Shown here in pieces: positions 1 through 10,663 of a DNA stretch of 64,000 bases. The stretch comes from Deltaproteobacteria bacterium (GTDB lineage: Bacteria > Desulfobacterota_D > UBA1144 > Nemesobacterales > CSP1-2): assembly GCA_052390235.1 (NCBI GenBank), contig JBQTHB010000005.1, positions 64,001 through 128,000 of the forward strand, given 5' to 3'. The notes under the pieces are model-generated. The model did not search any database and was not told the DNA's origin. It was given only the letters and a program-made list of their open reading frames with translations. Positions within the stretch are counted from its first letter, which is position 1, and each line of letters begins with the position of its first letter. The translations under genes and the position numbers were made by a program.

Positions 1-336
1 CGCTCTCAGCGCGGCGATGCCGTAGGCGTTGGCTTCGAGGTCGTTTATCAGCCCAACGGATGGAATTCCCAACTGAGCCGCCAAGTCGGAAGAGTCCACA
101 ATCCAGGGCAGATTAGTTGCCTCGCACCTGCCGTTCTTGACCGGACCCGCCACGCCGAAGCAGGCTCTGGCAACGGTTTGCCTGTTCGCCACCTGAAATT
201 TGGCGACAATCTCGCCGAGGCTCTTATGCTCGCCGCTTGGAAATTTAGCTTCAGCCACAGCCCTCAGCGCTCCGCCTTCAAGCTCGAATAAGGCGATATT
301 AGTTTTAGTTCCGCCGATGTCCGCGGCTAATATCAT
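1..336 (-). CDS. glk: glucokinase (3' part runs off the window)
   Basis: Manual translation from ATG at 336: MILAADIGGTKTN...CFGVAGPV...TNLPW...LINDLEANAYG, which are Glk motifs; directly downstream of zwf. Confidence 0.92.
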   Translation of the reverse strand, partial: MILAADIGGTKTNIALFELEGGALRAVAEAKFPSGEHKSLGEIVAKFQVANRQTVARACFGVAGPVKNGRCEATNLPWIVDSSDLAAQLGIPSVGLINDLEANAYGIAALRA

Positions 337-337
337 T

Positions 338-1873
338 TTACAATTGCCTCCATTTGCGCCCGTCCCGCTCAATGAGGGCGTCGGCTTCCTTTGGTCCCCA
401 GCTACCTGCGGCATAATTCGGGAAATCCCTTGCCGGGAGAGCGCCCCACACATCTAGCATCGGCTGAGCCACTCGCCAGGCCATCTCCACCAAATCCGAG
501 CGCGAGAAGAGGGTCGAATCGTTTATCATGCAGTTATAGATTAATGTCTCGTAGCCTGTGCCTCGCCCAGTATGAAACGCGTCTTCATACTCAAAGCGCA
601 TCTTCACGCTCTGAAGGCGCATCGTGGGCCCAGGCACTTTGGTCTCAAACACCATCTCAATCCCCTGCTCCGGCTGGATATGCAGAAGCAGTTGATTCGA
701 CTCCAGATTTTCCACAGGGGTATCGCGGAACAACACCTTTGGGGCGCACTTGAACTGAATTGCAATCTCCGTGTGGCGTTTTGACAGCGACTTGCCAGAG
801 CGCAGATAAAACGGCACCCCAGCCCAGCGCCAGTTGTCAATAAAAAGCCTCATTGCGGCAAAGGTCTCCGTGCGCGAGTCCATGGCAACATCCGGCTCAT
901 TTCTATAGGCGTGAATGGTTCTGCCCTCTATCGTTCCATCCCCGTACTGCCCGCGGACGGCGTTTGAAAGCACGTCTTCGGGGGTCATTGGGTGGATTGC
1001 CTTGAGCACCTCGGCTTTGGCATTTCTAATATCCTCGGCGTGGAACGAGCTTGGGGATTCCATAGCTACATAGGCGAGCATCTGAAACATATGATTCTGT
1101 ATCATGTCCCTCAGCACGCCGGAGCGCTCGTAGTAGTTGCCGCGCCCCTCGACGCCGACCTTCTCGGCAACCGTGAACTGGATGTGGTCAACGTAGTGGC
1201 GATTCCAAAGCGGCTCAAAAATCCCGTTTGCGAACCGGAAGGCGAGGATATTCTGAACCGTCTCTTTGCCGAGGTAGTGGTCAATTCTCCAGATTTGATG
1301 CTCGTCCCAATGCGCCTGAAGGTCTCGGCTGAGCTTTATGGCGCTTTCCAAATCGCGCCCGAAAGGCTTTTCCACAATGAGCCGAGACCAATTGCCGTCC
1401 TCTCTATCCAACCCCGCAACTCCCAAATTTTGGGCTATTACACTGAACACCACAGGCGGCACAGCGAGATAAAACAGGCGGTTACCCCCGGTTTGGTGCT
1501 TTGCATCAACCTCGGCAATCAGCTTGGCAAGTGTTTCATAAGCGGCGGGGTCGTCAAATTTCCCCGGCGTGTAATAGAATCTCTTGACCAGATCATCCCA
1601 AATCTTCTCGTCAAAACCCCGCGTGGAGAACTGGCGTATTCCCTTGGTCATCTCCTCACGGAAGGAGTCGTGGTTGAGGTCTGTGAGCGCGATGCCCACT
1701 AAAGCGAAATTATGAGGCAGAAGCCCGTCGCAGGCGAGGTTATAAATTGCAGGCATCAAAAGCCTTTTGGTCAGGTCCCCCGACGCCCCGAAAATCGTCA
1801 TGAGACAGGAATCCCCGGGGCGCTCGCTCCCCGCGCCGGCTACGGACTCGGATATAATTGTCGGTTCAGCCAT
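338..1873 (-). CDS. zwf: glucose-6-phosphate 1-dehydrogenase
   Basis: GASGDL, EKPFG and RIDHYLGKE motifs. Confidence 0.97.
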   Translation of the reverse strand: MAEPTIISESVAGAGSERPGDSCLMTIFGASGDLTKRLLMPAIYNLACDGLLPHNFALVGIALTDLNHDSFREEMTKGIRQFSTRGFDEKIWDDLVKRFYYTPGKFDDPAAYETLAKLIAEVDAKHQTGGNRLFYLAVPPVVFSVIAQNLGVAGLDREDGNWSRLIVEKPFGRDLESAIKLSRDLQAHWDEHQIWRIDHYLGKETVQNILAFRFANGIFEPLWNRHYVDHIQFTVAEKVGVEGRGNYYERSGVLRDMIQNHMFQMLAYVAMESPSSFHAEDIRNAKAEVLKAIHPMTPEDVLSNAVRGQYGDGTIEGRTIHAYRNEPDVAMDSRTETFAAMRLFIDNWRWAGVPFYLRSGKSLSKRHTEIAIQFKCAPKVLFRDTPVENLESNQLLLHIQPEQGIEMVFETKVPGPTMRLQSVKMRFEYEDAFHTGRGTGYETLIYNCMINDSTLFSRSDLVEMAWRVAQPMLDVWGALPARDFPNYAAGSWGPKEADALIERDGRKWRQL

Positions 1874-1928
1874 TTTTGCACCCTTTTTTATGCGGCTTGA
1901 AATAATTTAAGTCAGCAACAATCTGCCA

Positions 1929-2915
1929 CTACCCTCCGGTTGGACGCTCCAAATGCCCTCCGAACTTATGCCGCATGGCTGAGAGCACCTTCTCGGCAAA
2001 CGTGTGGTCTTGGCGAGAGCGGAAACGGGTGTAGAGAGAGGCGGTCAGCACATCCGCCGGCACGGCTTCTTCAATAGCCGCCATAATTGTCCAGCGCCCT
2101 TCGCCGGAGTCCTGCACGAACCCGCTGTAGTTCGAGAGATCCGGGTTTTCGATGAGGGCCATGGCGATGAGGTCGAGAAGCCACGAGCCTACGACGCTCC
2201 CACGGCGCCAAACCTCGGCTATGTCTCGGATGTTGAGGTCGTAGCGATGCTCCTCGGCGACTTCCTTTGAATTGGCGTTGCGGAATATATCTAACCCCTC
2301 GGCGTAAGCCTGCATAAGCCCGTATTCGATTCCGTTATGCACCATTTTGACGAAATGCCCCGCGCCTGCAGGGCCGCAGTGCAGATACCCGTCCTCGGCA
2401 GTGCCGCCGGTTATCCCCTCGCGCCCAGGGGTACGGTCAACATCGCCCCTGCCGGGTGAGAGCGTACTAAATATCGGGTCGAGATGCGCTACGGCTTCAT
2501 TCGAGCCGCCTATCATCATGCAGTACCCCCTCGTAACCCCCCAAATACCCCCGCTCGTGCCTACGTCAACATAGTGAATCCCCTTGGGTTGCAGAATCTT
2601 CGCGCGGCGCACGTCGTCTTTAAACATCGAGTTGCCGCCGTCAATGATGATGTCTCCAGCCTCCATACGCTCGGCGAGAGCCATAACCGTCTGCTCCGTC
2701 GGGCCTCCTGCGGGAACCATAACCCATGCGGCGCGCGGTTTCGTCAATTTAGCCGTAAAATCATCGAGAGAGGTCGCCCCCTTTGCTCCTTCCTTTTCAA
2801 GTTGCTTTACGTTGTCCGGATTCATGTCGAATACCACGCACTCATGTCCGCTGTGGATGAGCCTTCTGACCATATTGCCGCCCATACGTCCTAAGCCTAT
2901 CATTCCAAGTTGCAT
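1929..2915 (-). CDS. gnd: 6-phosphogluconate dehydrogenase, decarboxylating (short form)
   Basis: [26 protein letters not shown] and DSGEGRW motifs. Confidence 0.96.
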   Translation of the reverse strand: MQLGMIGLGRMGGNMVRRLIHSGHECVVFDMNPDNVKQLEKEGAKGATSLDDFTAKLTKPRAAWVMVPAGGPTEQTVMALAERMEAGDIIIDGGNSMFKDDVRRAKILQPKGIHYVDVGTSGGIWGVTRGYCMMIGGSNEAVAHLDPIFSTLSPGRGDVDRTPGREGITGGTAEDGYLHCGPAGAGHFVKMVHNGIEYGLMQAYAEGLDIFRNANSKEVAEEHRYDLNIRDIAEVWRRGSVVGSWLLDLIAMALIENPDLSNYSGFVQDSGEGRWTIMAAIEEAVPADVLTASLYTRFRSRQDHTFAEKVLSAMRHKFGGHLERPTGG

Positions 2916-2974
2916 TTCTGTATAACCTCCTTTTATTGTCGTCGTTTAAGTAGTTTTTACTCTAAATCCCAAAA

Positions 2975-5830
2975 TTAAAGCGCTTTTTTAACCGCGTCTC
3001 TGAGGGCGGCGAGGCCCGCTTTTACGTCCCGCCCAAGATGCACTCTAAGGGCGCGCCGGTCGCGCTCGACAAGCACCTGAAAATCCCCTCTCGCCTGAGC
3101 CGCTTTTACCGTGCCAAAAGTGTATTTTTGACCCGGAACGGCTAAATCCTCAGCATCGTCGCAGGTAATCTGGAGGAACACCCCTGAATTGGGGCCCCCC
3201 TTATAAGCCTGTCCAGTCGAGTGGAGGAACCTGGGGCCGTAACCGAGGCAGGTCGCCGATCTCTTCGCGTCCCTGACGGCGTGGCGCATATCCTGCAGAA
3301 TCTCCTGATGGGCATGGTTCATCTCGACATAAGCCGAGACGCAGAAATAATCCCCCGCCCCGATTCTGTCCAAATGGGCTTTAATGTAGGCGTCTAGTGT
3401 GTTGTTTCCTCCGGCGGCTTGGGCAAGAGCGGATGCGTTTTTATCGTCTGTGAAGAGTTTCATCTCGCCGTCTTCGAGTACCGGAGATTCCGCCGGAAGC
3501 GAGCCTGTCTTCTCATATTCGGATGTCAGCTTCTTTGTCGCAATCTTACTCGCCTCAACGTCGGGCTGATTAAACGCGTTGATGCCGATAATCGCTCCGG
3601 CGACGGCCGTGGCAATCTGCCAGCGGAACATCTCCTCTCCCAAATCGTAAATCTCGGATATTGAAATCCGCACCACCGGCTGTCCCGCGTTCTCAAGAGC
3701 CGAAATTGCCGCATCCTGCGCCGCGTCCGGGGCTGAATCGAGCCGGAGATACGCAAAAAGGCGGTCATTCCCATAGACCGAAGGCTCGCTGAGCTTTTCC
3801 ATATCCACCGGGATTAAGCCCTTTCCCACCTTGCCAGTTGATTCGGCTAGGAGTTGCTCCAGCCAAGCCCCTAAATCCCAGATTCCGGGCGAGGGGATTA
3901 TCGTTACTTTGTCGCGCCCGTTATTGGCAAGCACTCCCATTATCGTTCCCAATACCACTCCGGGGTTATCGTCGGGAGGAACACACGAGGCGCAGCTATG
4001 AACCATCTCTTCGGCGCGGTCTAGGAATTTCTCCACGTCCACACCCATTATCGCCGACGGCACCATGCCGAAATCCGACAGAGCCGAGTACCTACCCCCT
4101 ATGCTCGACCACCCGAAAAATATCCTGCGGAATCCGTCCCCCTCGGCTACCTGCTGCATTTTCGAGCCGGGGTCGGTGATGGCGATAAACCTATTGCCGG
4201 CCTCTTCCGCCCCCACGACCTGCTTCACCCGCTCAAAGAAATACTGCTTGAAAATATTCGGCTCAAGCGTGCCGCCAGATTTCGATGAGACGATAAATAT
4301 GGTGTTGGCGAGGTCAACCTTGCCCTCAAACGTTTTGACTTGAGCCGGGTCAGTGGAGTCCAGCACCTGAAGCTCAGGGTAGCCGTCAATCTTCCCGAAC
4401 GTCATCTTCATCACTTCGGGGCAGAGGCTTGAGCCGCCCATCCCCAGCAGAAGCGCGTGGGAGAAGCCGGCATTTTTTATCTCTGCCCCTATGCCCTTTA
4501 GGTGTTCGATGTGCGCAAGCTGGTCGTCGGTAATTCCAAGCCACCCAAGCCAGCGATTCTCGTCGTCGTTTGTCCAGAGGGTTTTATCCCCCGCCCACAG
4601 ACGCCGCACTTTGCCGTTCACCCGCCAGTCTTCGAGAGAGGCTTTGACGGCAGTGGCTAGGCTGTCGGGGAGTTTATAGGTGATGCGGTCGAGGTCTGCT
4701 CCGAGAAGGGATTTTCTCTTCTTCTCCACCGCGCTCAGGAGCTTATCAAATGCGTCGGCAAAGAGCTTTACGGCGTCGTCGAGGAGTTTATCCGTAACTT
4801 CCCCCATTGAAATCCCCACCTGCGCCAAGACGTCCATGGCGTCGTAAGCCTCTTCTACATGCTCTTCGAGGCTGGCGCGCGGGCGGCCATGGTCGCGGAA
4901 GGCGTCATAAGTGGCTGAGGGGACGGTGTTTACAGTGTCCGCTCCCATGAGTTCCTCGACATAGATAACATCGCGGTAGTTGGGGTTTTTGGTGCTTGTG
5001 CTTGCCCAAAGAAGCCGCTGAGTCTGCGCCCCCTTGGCGGCAAGGGCTTTCCATCTGTCGGTTGAATAGATTTCCTTGTAGCGCTGATAAGTGAGCTTAG
5101 CGTTAGCTATGGCGATTTTTCCGAGAATGCTCCGCAGAAGCGCCCTCTCGCCAGCGGTTTTTGCCGACTTGAGCCTCGCCGTTATCAAGCCGTCAATTGC
5201 CGAGTCAATTCGGCTTATGAAAAAGCTCGCCACGCTTGCGATGCCGCTTGGGTCTCCTCCCCGCGCCACAAACGCCTCGATGCCTGAGATATAAGCCTCG
5301 GCGACCTGCTCGTAAGCCTCAAGCGAGAACAGAAGCGTAACGTTTACGTTAATCTCCTCGCTGATAAGCTGTTTTATCGCCGGCACCCCCGCCGCAGTCG
5401 CCGGCACTTTTATCATCACGTTGTCGCGCCCCACGGACTGCCAGAGGCGATGCGCCTCATCGAGCGTCCCTTGAGTGTCGTTGGCAAGGTAAGGGGACAC
5501 CTCAAAGCTCACGTAGCCGTCTCTTTTTTTTGTCTTCTCATAGACCTGATACATAACGTCGGCGGCGTCCTGAATATCGCCTATCGCGAGTTGCTCGTAT
5601 AGGGTTTTAGCGTCCACATCGCGCTGACGCTCCAACGCCCTAAGAGCGTTATTATAGTCCGCGCTTCCGGCTATCGCCTTTTCAAATATTGATGGATTCG
5701 AGGTAACTCCCAGCAAGCCGTCTTGCTTGATTAGCTGCTGCAGCTCGCCCGATATAATGAGACCGCGGCGTATGTTGTCATACCAGAGACTCTGCCCGTA
5801 ATTTATCACTTCAAGCAGTGGATTTCCCAT
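2975..5830 (-). CDS. bifunctional transaldolase/phosphoglucose isomerase
   Basis: N-terminal transaldolase (GVTSNPSIF, VMIKVPAT, LWASTSTK) fused to PGI (GMGGSSL, SSKSGGT, GGRYS, FNQPDVE). Confidence 0.95.
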   Translation of the reverse strand: MGNPLLEVINYGQSLWYDNIRRGLIISGELQQLIKQDGLLGVTSNPSIFEKAIAGSADYNNALRALERQRDVDAKTLYEQLAIGDIQDAADVMYQVYEKTKKRDGYVSFEVSPYLANDTQGTLDEAHRLWQSVGRDNVMIKVPATAAGVPAIKQLISEEINVNVTLLFSLEAYEQVAEAYISGIEAFVARGGDPSGIASVASFFISRIDSAIDGLITARLKSAKTAGERALLRSILGKIAIANAKLTYQRYKEIYSTDRWKALAAKGAQTQRLLWASTSTKNPNYRDVIYVEELMGADTVNTVPSATYDAFRDHGRPRASLEEHVEEAYDAMDVLAQVGISMGEVTDKLLDDAVKLFADAFDKLLSAVEKKRKSLLGADLDRITYKLPDSLATAVKASLEDWRVNGKVRRLWAGDKTLWTNDDENRWLGWLGITDDQLAHIEHLKGIGAEIKNAGFSHALLLGMGGSSLCPEVMKMTFGKIDGYPELQVLDSTDPAQVKTFEGKVDLANTIFIVSSKSGGTLEPNIFKQYFFERVKQVVGAEEAGNRFIAITDPGSKMQQVAEGDGFRRIFFGWSSIGGRYSALSDFGMVPSAIMGVDVEKFLDRAEEMVHSCASCVPPDDNPGVVLGTIMGVLANNGRDKVTIIPSPGIWDLGAWLEQLLAESTGKVGKGLIPVDMEKLSEPSVYGNDRLFAYLRLDSAPDAAQDAAISALENAGQPVVRISISEIYDLGEEMFRWQIATAVAGAIIGINAFNQPDVEASKIATKKLTSEYEKTGSLPAESPVLEDGEMKLFTDDKNASALAQAAGGNNTLDAYIKAHLDRIGAGDYFCVSAYVEMNHAHQEILQDMRHAVRDAKRSATCLGYGPRFLHSTGQAYKGGPNSGVFLQITCDDAEDLAVPGQKYTFGTVKAAQARGDFQVLVERDRRALRVHLGRDVKAGLAALRDAVKKAL

Positions 5831-5832
5831 AT

Positions 5833-6306
5833 TCACTCACCTCTTAAGTATTTGTTTTCAATCGCTTTAACCTTATTAAGCCGCCTTGCGTGGCGCTCCT
5901 CGCCCGTGAACTCCGCCTCGGCGAAGGAGCGGACAATCTCACGCGCCACCTCCTGCCCTACTATCCTCGCCCCCAAGCAAAGCACATTCATATCGTCGTG
6001 CTCAACCCCCTGATGCGCCGAATAGTGGTCGTGGCAGAGCCCCGCCCTGATGCCGGGGAATTTATTTGCCGCAACCGTAACCCCCACTCCACTCCCGCAG
6101 ATAACGACTGCGCGCTCGGCTTCTCCCCGCCTAATCGCCTCGCAGGCGACTTCGGCAAAGTCGGGGTAGTCGTCGGGCTTGGCGGGGTCGTTCGTGCCGA
6201 GGTCGGACACCGTATGCCCAGCTTTTATTAAATCCTCAATTATGATGCTTTTAAGCGGATACCCCGCATGGTCGCCGGCAACTACTATTCGCATTATGTT
6301 TGACAC
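5833..6306 (-). CDS. rpiB: ribose-5-phosphate isomerase B
   Basis: DHAG, DYPD, CGSGVG, ANKFPGIRA and RHARR motifs. Confidence 0.95.
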   Translation of the reverse strand: MSNIMRIVVAGDHAGYPLKSIIIEDLIKAGHTVSDLGTNDPAKPDDYPDFAEVACEAIRRGEAERAVVICGSGVGVTVAANKFPGIRAGLCHDHYSAHQGVEHDDMNVLCLGARIVGQEVAREIVRSFAEAEFTGEERHARRLNKVKAIENKYLRGE

Positions 6307-6394
6307 CTTCCAGTGAGAGAGTTTCCCAGCTCGGCAGCGCCATGCCCCCCATAATTCGCCGCCGCCTCAACGAAATGCCCATATCGGCATGAAA

Positions 6395-8419
6395 TCACTT
6401 TCCGAGCAAGGCCCTTGCCTTTTCTACGACGTTTTCAACGGTAAATCCGAATTTCTTAGCCAAAACCTCGTAAGGGGCAGAAGCCCCGAAACCCCACATC
6501 CCGATAAAATTCCTGTCGCTGACCGTGCCGAGGTAGCGGTCCCAGCCGAATGGGCCTGCCGCTTCTATCGCCAGACGGGCGGTTACGCTCGGAGGAAACA
6601 CGGAGTCTCTATATTCCTGCGGCTGAGCCTCGAAAAACTCCCAGCACGGAAAGCTCACGACGCGGGTTTTTATCCCCTCGGCGGCGAGTCTCTGCTGCGC
6701 GCTTATGGCAAATGTAAGCTCCCCCCCGTCCGAAACAAGAATAATATCTGGAGCGCCCTCATGGGAATCCGAGAGGACATAAGCCCCCCTGCCTAGGTTC
6801 TCGGCAGATGCGTATTTAGTTTGGTCAAGCGTGGGGAGTTTCTGGCGGGAGAAGCAAAGCACCGTGGGTCCGTGTTTGCGCTTTATCGCCTCCCTCCAAG
6901 CCCAAGCGGTCTCGTTGCCGTCGGCTGGGCGGATGGTTACAACCTCCGGCATGGAGCGAAGCCACGCTAGATGCTCTACGGGCTGGTGCGTTGGGCCATC
7001 TTCGCCTAAGCCGATGCTGTCGTGGGTATAGACAAAAATGGCGCGCTGTTTCATAAGGGCGGCGAGACGCACTGTGGGAGACATATAGTTGAAAAATTGC
7101 AGGAACGTCGCGCAGTAGGGAATCACCCCTCCGTGAAGCGCCATACCGTTCACTGCCGCTCCCATGGCGTGTTCGCGCACTCCAAAATGGAGGTTATCTC
7201 CGGCGAAGCTGTGGAACTGAACGTCTCCGTGTCCGGTCATATAGGTCTTAGTCGAGGGCGCGAGATCCGCTGAACCTCCGATGAGATAGGACTTCATGTG
7301 CTTTGCGAGGGCGTTTATCACCCTGCCAGAGCAATCGCGAGTGGCCATTGCGCCGTCCTTTTCGGGGACAAACACCGGCACGTCGGCGTCCCAGTCCGAG
7401 GGAAGAGCGCCGCTCATTACGAGTTTATAACGCTCGGCAAGCTCAGGGTAGTCTCTCGAATAAGCCTCGAGCATAGAGTTCCAAGCCTCTTCTGTCTGCC
7501 TGCCGCGCTCGGCGGTCTCGCGGAAATGGGCAAGGGCCTCTTCGGGAGCGTAAAATGGCTGGTCTTCGGGGAAGCCGTAGTGCCGGCGAGTGGCCTTATA
7601 GTGTTCTTCGTTGAAAGGCTCGCCGTGAACCTTGGCGGTGTCCTGTTCGGGGCTTCCGTAGCCAATGTGTGTGCGGCAGATAATTATCGAGGGACTGCCG
7701 GACTCTGCCCTCGCCAAGTTTAAAGCCGCTTCGACGGCGGCGCGGTTATGCCCGTCTGAGACGGTCTGCACGTGCCATCCGTATGCGCGAAATCTGTCGG
7801 ATACGGTCTCGGAAAATGCGGTGTCTTTTGTGCCGCCCTCGATGGAAATACGGTTGTCATCGTAGAGGAAAATCAGTTTCCCCAAGCCCAGATGCCCAGC
7901 TAAACTCGCCGCCTCAGCCGCTACGCCTTCCATGAGGTCTCCGTCGCCGCAGATGCCGTAGGTGTAGTGGTCAACTACGTTGTAGAGGGGTTTATTAAAC
8001 ACGGCGGCAAGGTGAGCCTCGGCAAGGGCAAAGCCCACTGCGTTTGCAAATCCCTGCCCAAGGGGGCCGGTCGTGTTCTCGACTCCGGGAGTTTCCCCAT
8101 ATTCGGGATGTCCCGGGCATTTGCTTCCGAGCTGGCGGAAAGTCTTGAGGTCGTCCATCGAAACGTCGTACCCATAGAGATGGAGCAGGCTATAGAGAAG
8201 GGCGCAGGCGTGTCCGGGGGAGAGAATAAAACGGTCTCGGTTGTCCCATTTCGGATTGGCGGGATTGTGTTTCAGAAACCTATCCCACAGGACATAGGAC
8301 ATATCCGCCGCTCCCATCGGAGTGCCGGGGTGTCCAGATTTGGCTTTTTGAACACAGTCAACTGCAAGCATTCTCACGGTATTGACGCATAGCTGATGAA
8401 GGCTGTCCGAGTCCGGCAT
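6395..8419 (-). CDS. tkt: transketolase
   Basis: [13 protein letters not shown] (ThDP motif), GVREHAM and [16 protein letters not shown]. Confidence 0.97.
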   Translation of the reverse strand: MPDSDSLHQLCVNTVRMLAVDCVQKAKSGHPGTPMGAADMSYVLWDRFLKHNPANPKWDNRDRFILSPGHACALLYSLLHLYGYDVSMDDLKTFRQLGSKCPGHPEYGETPGVENTTGPLGQGFANAVGFALAEAHLAAVFNKPLYNVVDHYTYGICGDGDLMEGVAAEAASLAGHLGLGKLIFLYDDNRISIEGGTKDTAFSETVSDRFRAYGWHVQTVSDGHNRAAVEAALNLARAESGSPSIIICRTHIGYGSPEQDTAKVHGEPFNEEHYKATRRHYGFPEDQPFYAPEEALAHFRETAERGRQTEEAWNSMLEAYSRDYPELAERYKLVMSGALPSDWDADVPVFVPEKDGAMATRDCSGRVINALAKHMKSYLIGGSADLAPSTKTYMTGHGDVQFHSFAGDNLHFGVREHAMGAAVNGMALHGGVIPYCATFLQFFNYMSPTVRLAALMKQRAIFVYTHDSIGLGEDGPTHQPVEHLAWLRSMPEVVTIRPADGNETAWAWREAIKRKHGPTVLCFSRQKLPTLDQTKYASAENLGRGAYVLSDSHEGAPDIILVSDGGELTFAISAQQRLAAEGIKTRVVSFPCWEFFEAQPQEYRDSVFPPSVTARLAIEAAGPFGWDRYLGTVSDRNFIGMWGFGASAPYEVLAKKFGFTVENVVEKARALLGK

Positions 8420-8702
8420 TGGGGTATCACCTCGCGAAGATTGGTATTTACGGCTGGCTGGTTTCTAAGCTAACATAAAGTGGAAATTATTGTCAAGTGT
8501 TGAAAAATAAGGGGAATTCACTCTTGCAACGCGCGCGGGATAGGGGGATTTCGATATGGATTTATAAACCCTTAAAACTCCTAGCTATTTTAGTCGCCCG
8601 GGCCGCTATGGGAGTGAATTCGGCGATTTATAAGCAAATTTATCCCCCCCCCGAAGCGCATTTCAGTTGACAACCAGAGCGCTTTGTATAGGATTTTCCC
8701 CC

Positions 8703-9236
8703 ATGGCGCTTCGCAAAATTGTGAGTTTCCCCGACCCGGTACTGAGAAAACGCTCCCTGCCGGTCAACAGCATAGATAATGAAATCCTCAGACTCCTCGA
8801 TGATATGGCCGAGACCATGTACGCCGCTCCCGGAGTGGGGCTTGCCGCCCCTCAGGTAGGGGTAAATTTAAGGGTCTGCGTAATTGATGTATCCGAAAGG
8901 CAGGAAGAGGCGGCGGCGCTCGGACTCATCGAACTCATTAACCCCGTCATCGTATCGTCGTCCGGTATGTTATACGAAGAAGAGGGGTGTCTCAGCATTC
9001 CGGGGTTTACGAGCGAGGTGAAGAGACGCGCAAGAGCGCTGGTGCGCGCGCGCAATCGCCTTGGAGAGACCATCGAGATAGAGGGCGGAGAACTACTCGC
9101 CCGCGCTCTTCAGCACGAGATAGACCACCTCGACGGGGTTTTATTTATAGACAGGCTAAGCAAGCTGAAAAGAGAGCTTATGAGGAAAAAAATCGAAAAA
9201 GTCCTTGGGAAAGAGGGAGGCTACGCCGCTTTTTGA
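8703..9236 (+). CDS. def: peptide deformylase
   Basis: [15 protein letters not shown] and [12 protein letters not shown] at 8703 preferred; overlaps the rpmB 3' end convergently by 16 nt. Confidence 0.96.
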   Translation: MALRKIVSFPDPVLRKRSLPVNSIDNEILRLLDDMAETMYAAPGVGLAAPQVGVNLRVCVIDVSERQEEAAALGLIELINPVIVSSSGMLYEEEGCLSIPGFTSEVKRRARALVRARNRLGETIEIEGGELLARALQHEIDHLDGVLFIDRLSKLKRELMRKKIEKVLGKEGGYAAF

Positions 9237-9415
9237 ACCTTCCCCGACCGAATGCACCTCGCGCAAACCCTGATTCTCTTAACCTGCCCGCTGTCGAGTC
9301 TGGCTCTAGTGGTTCTTAAGTTTATGTTCCAGCGTCTTCTGGTTTTATTATTGGCGTGGCTAACGTTATTACCGTACATGGGCTTTTTTCCGCACATTAA
9401 ACATATTTGAGACAT
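9221..9415 (-). CDS. rpmB: 50S ribosomal protein L28
   Basis: [29 protein letters not shown]...VCARCIRSG (Zn-binding type). Confidence 0.95.
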   Translation of the reverse strand: MSQICLMCGKKPMYGNNVSHANNKTRRRWNINLRTTRARLDSGQVKRIRVCARCIRSGKVQKAA

Positions 9416-9745
9416 AGCACTATATCCTCATAAATAAAAATTTGAAATCACTATACCCGCTAAGTTTCCCCATTTCAACACCAATCCAAAGGTTGATTTA
9501 CGGCAATCATAGATTCAGCGCATTGGATTTTGGCCCGGCGTCGTAGCGGCGGCGCGATAAATCCCCTCTTTAGGAGAGGTTCGATAATCCTACTTGCGAG
9601 TTTATCGGAGGACTCATGGGAAATGGGCTTATCACGATGAAAATTCGCTATAAATTCTCTCTACCCTGACGACGCCAGAAATTATTCACTTTGCAAAAAT
9701 AAATGGTATTATTCCCGAACTTTTAAATTCGGCGGATGCTCCCTG

Positions 9746-10624
9746 ATGACGTTTCAAGAACTAATCCTAGAGCTTCAGAGATTTTGGGCTAAAGAGGGCT
9801 GTGTGATACTTCAGCCCTACGACATAGAAAAGGGGGCGGGAACGTTCCATCCCGCTACTTTCCTGCGCTGTCTCGGGCCTGAGCCTTGGCGCGCCGCCTA
9901 CGTTGAGCCATCTCGAAGACCCACCGACGGCAGATACGGCGAAAACCCAAACCGCCTCCAGCGCTACTACCAGTTTCAGGTAATCCTAAAACCCTCGCCC
10001 TCGGACATTCAAACACTCTATCTGGCAAGCCTTGCGCGCCTCGGTATTGACCCCCTCAAGCACGACATCCGCTTCGTCGAGGACGACTGGGAATCCCCAA
10101 CGCTCGGCGCATGGGGGCTCGGCTGGGAGGTATGGCTCGACGGCATGGAAATCACGCAATTTACCTACTTTCAGCAGGCGGGCGGAATTAACCTAAAGCC
10201 CGTGTCGGGGGAAATCACCTACGGCACGGAGAGAATCGCGATGTACCTACAAGGGGTCGAGAGCGTCTATGACCTCCAGTGGACAAAGGGCGTAACCTAC
10301 GGCGAGATTCACCGCCAAGATGAAATCGAGTTCTCAAAGTACAATTTTGAGGAGTCCAACGCCGAGATGCTACGGGATATGTTTGATAAATTCAAAGGCG
10401 AATGCGAGAGATTAATTGAGGTGAAGCTCCCGATACCGGCTTACGATTATTGCCTCAAATGCTCGCACACATTTAACCTGCTCGACGCGCGCGGAGCGAT
10501 AGGGGTCGCCGAGCGGGCAAGCTACATCGGGCGCGTGAGGATGCTCGCCAAAGCCTGCGCTGAGGGGTATCTCAGAGAAAGGGAGGAACTAGGGTTTCCG
10601 CTCCTCAAAAAAAGCCCTTGGTAA
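9746..10624 (+). CDS. glyQ: glycine-tRNA ligase alpha subunit
   Basis: [25 protein letters not shown] and [15 protein letters not shown]. Confidence 0.98.
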   Translation: MTFQELILELQRFWAKEGCVILQPYDIEKGAGTFHPATFLRCLGPEPWRAAYVEPSRRPTDGRYGENPNRLQRYYQFQVILKPSPSDIQTLYLASLARLGIDPLKHDIRFVEDDWESPTLGAWGLGWEVWLDGMEITQFTYFQQAGGINLKPVSGEITYGTERIAMYLQGVESVYDLQWTKGVTYGEIHRQDEIEFSKYNFEESNAEMLRDMFDKFKGECERLIEVKLPIPAYDYCLKCSHTFNLLDARGAIGVAERASYIGRVRMLAKACAEGYLREREELGFPLLKKSPW

Positions 10625-10663
10625 TAGGGATTTAAAAATTCTCGGCGGCTCGAACTTAACACT

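Noticed and set aside
9520..9625. T-box or riboswitch upstream of glyQ
   Set aside because: No T-box motif or terminator is present. There are only weak palindromic REP-like fragments, similar to those near 21910-22080.
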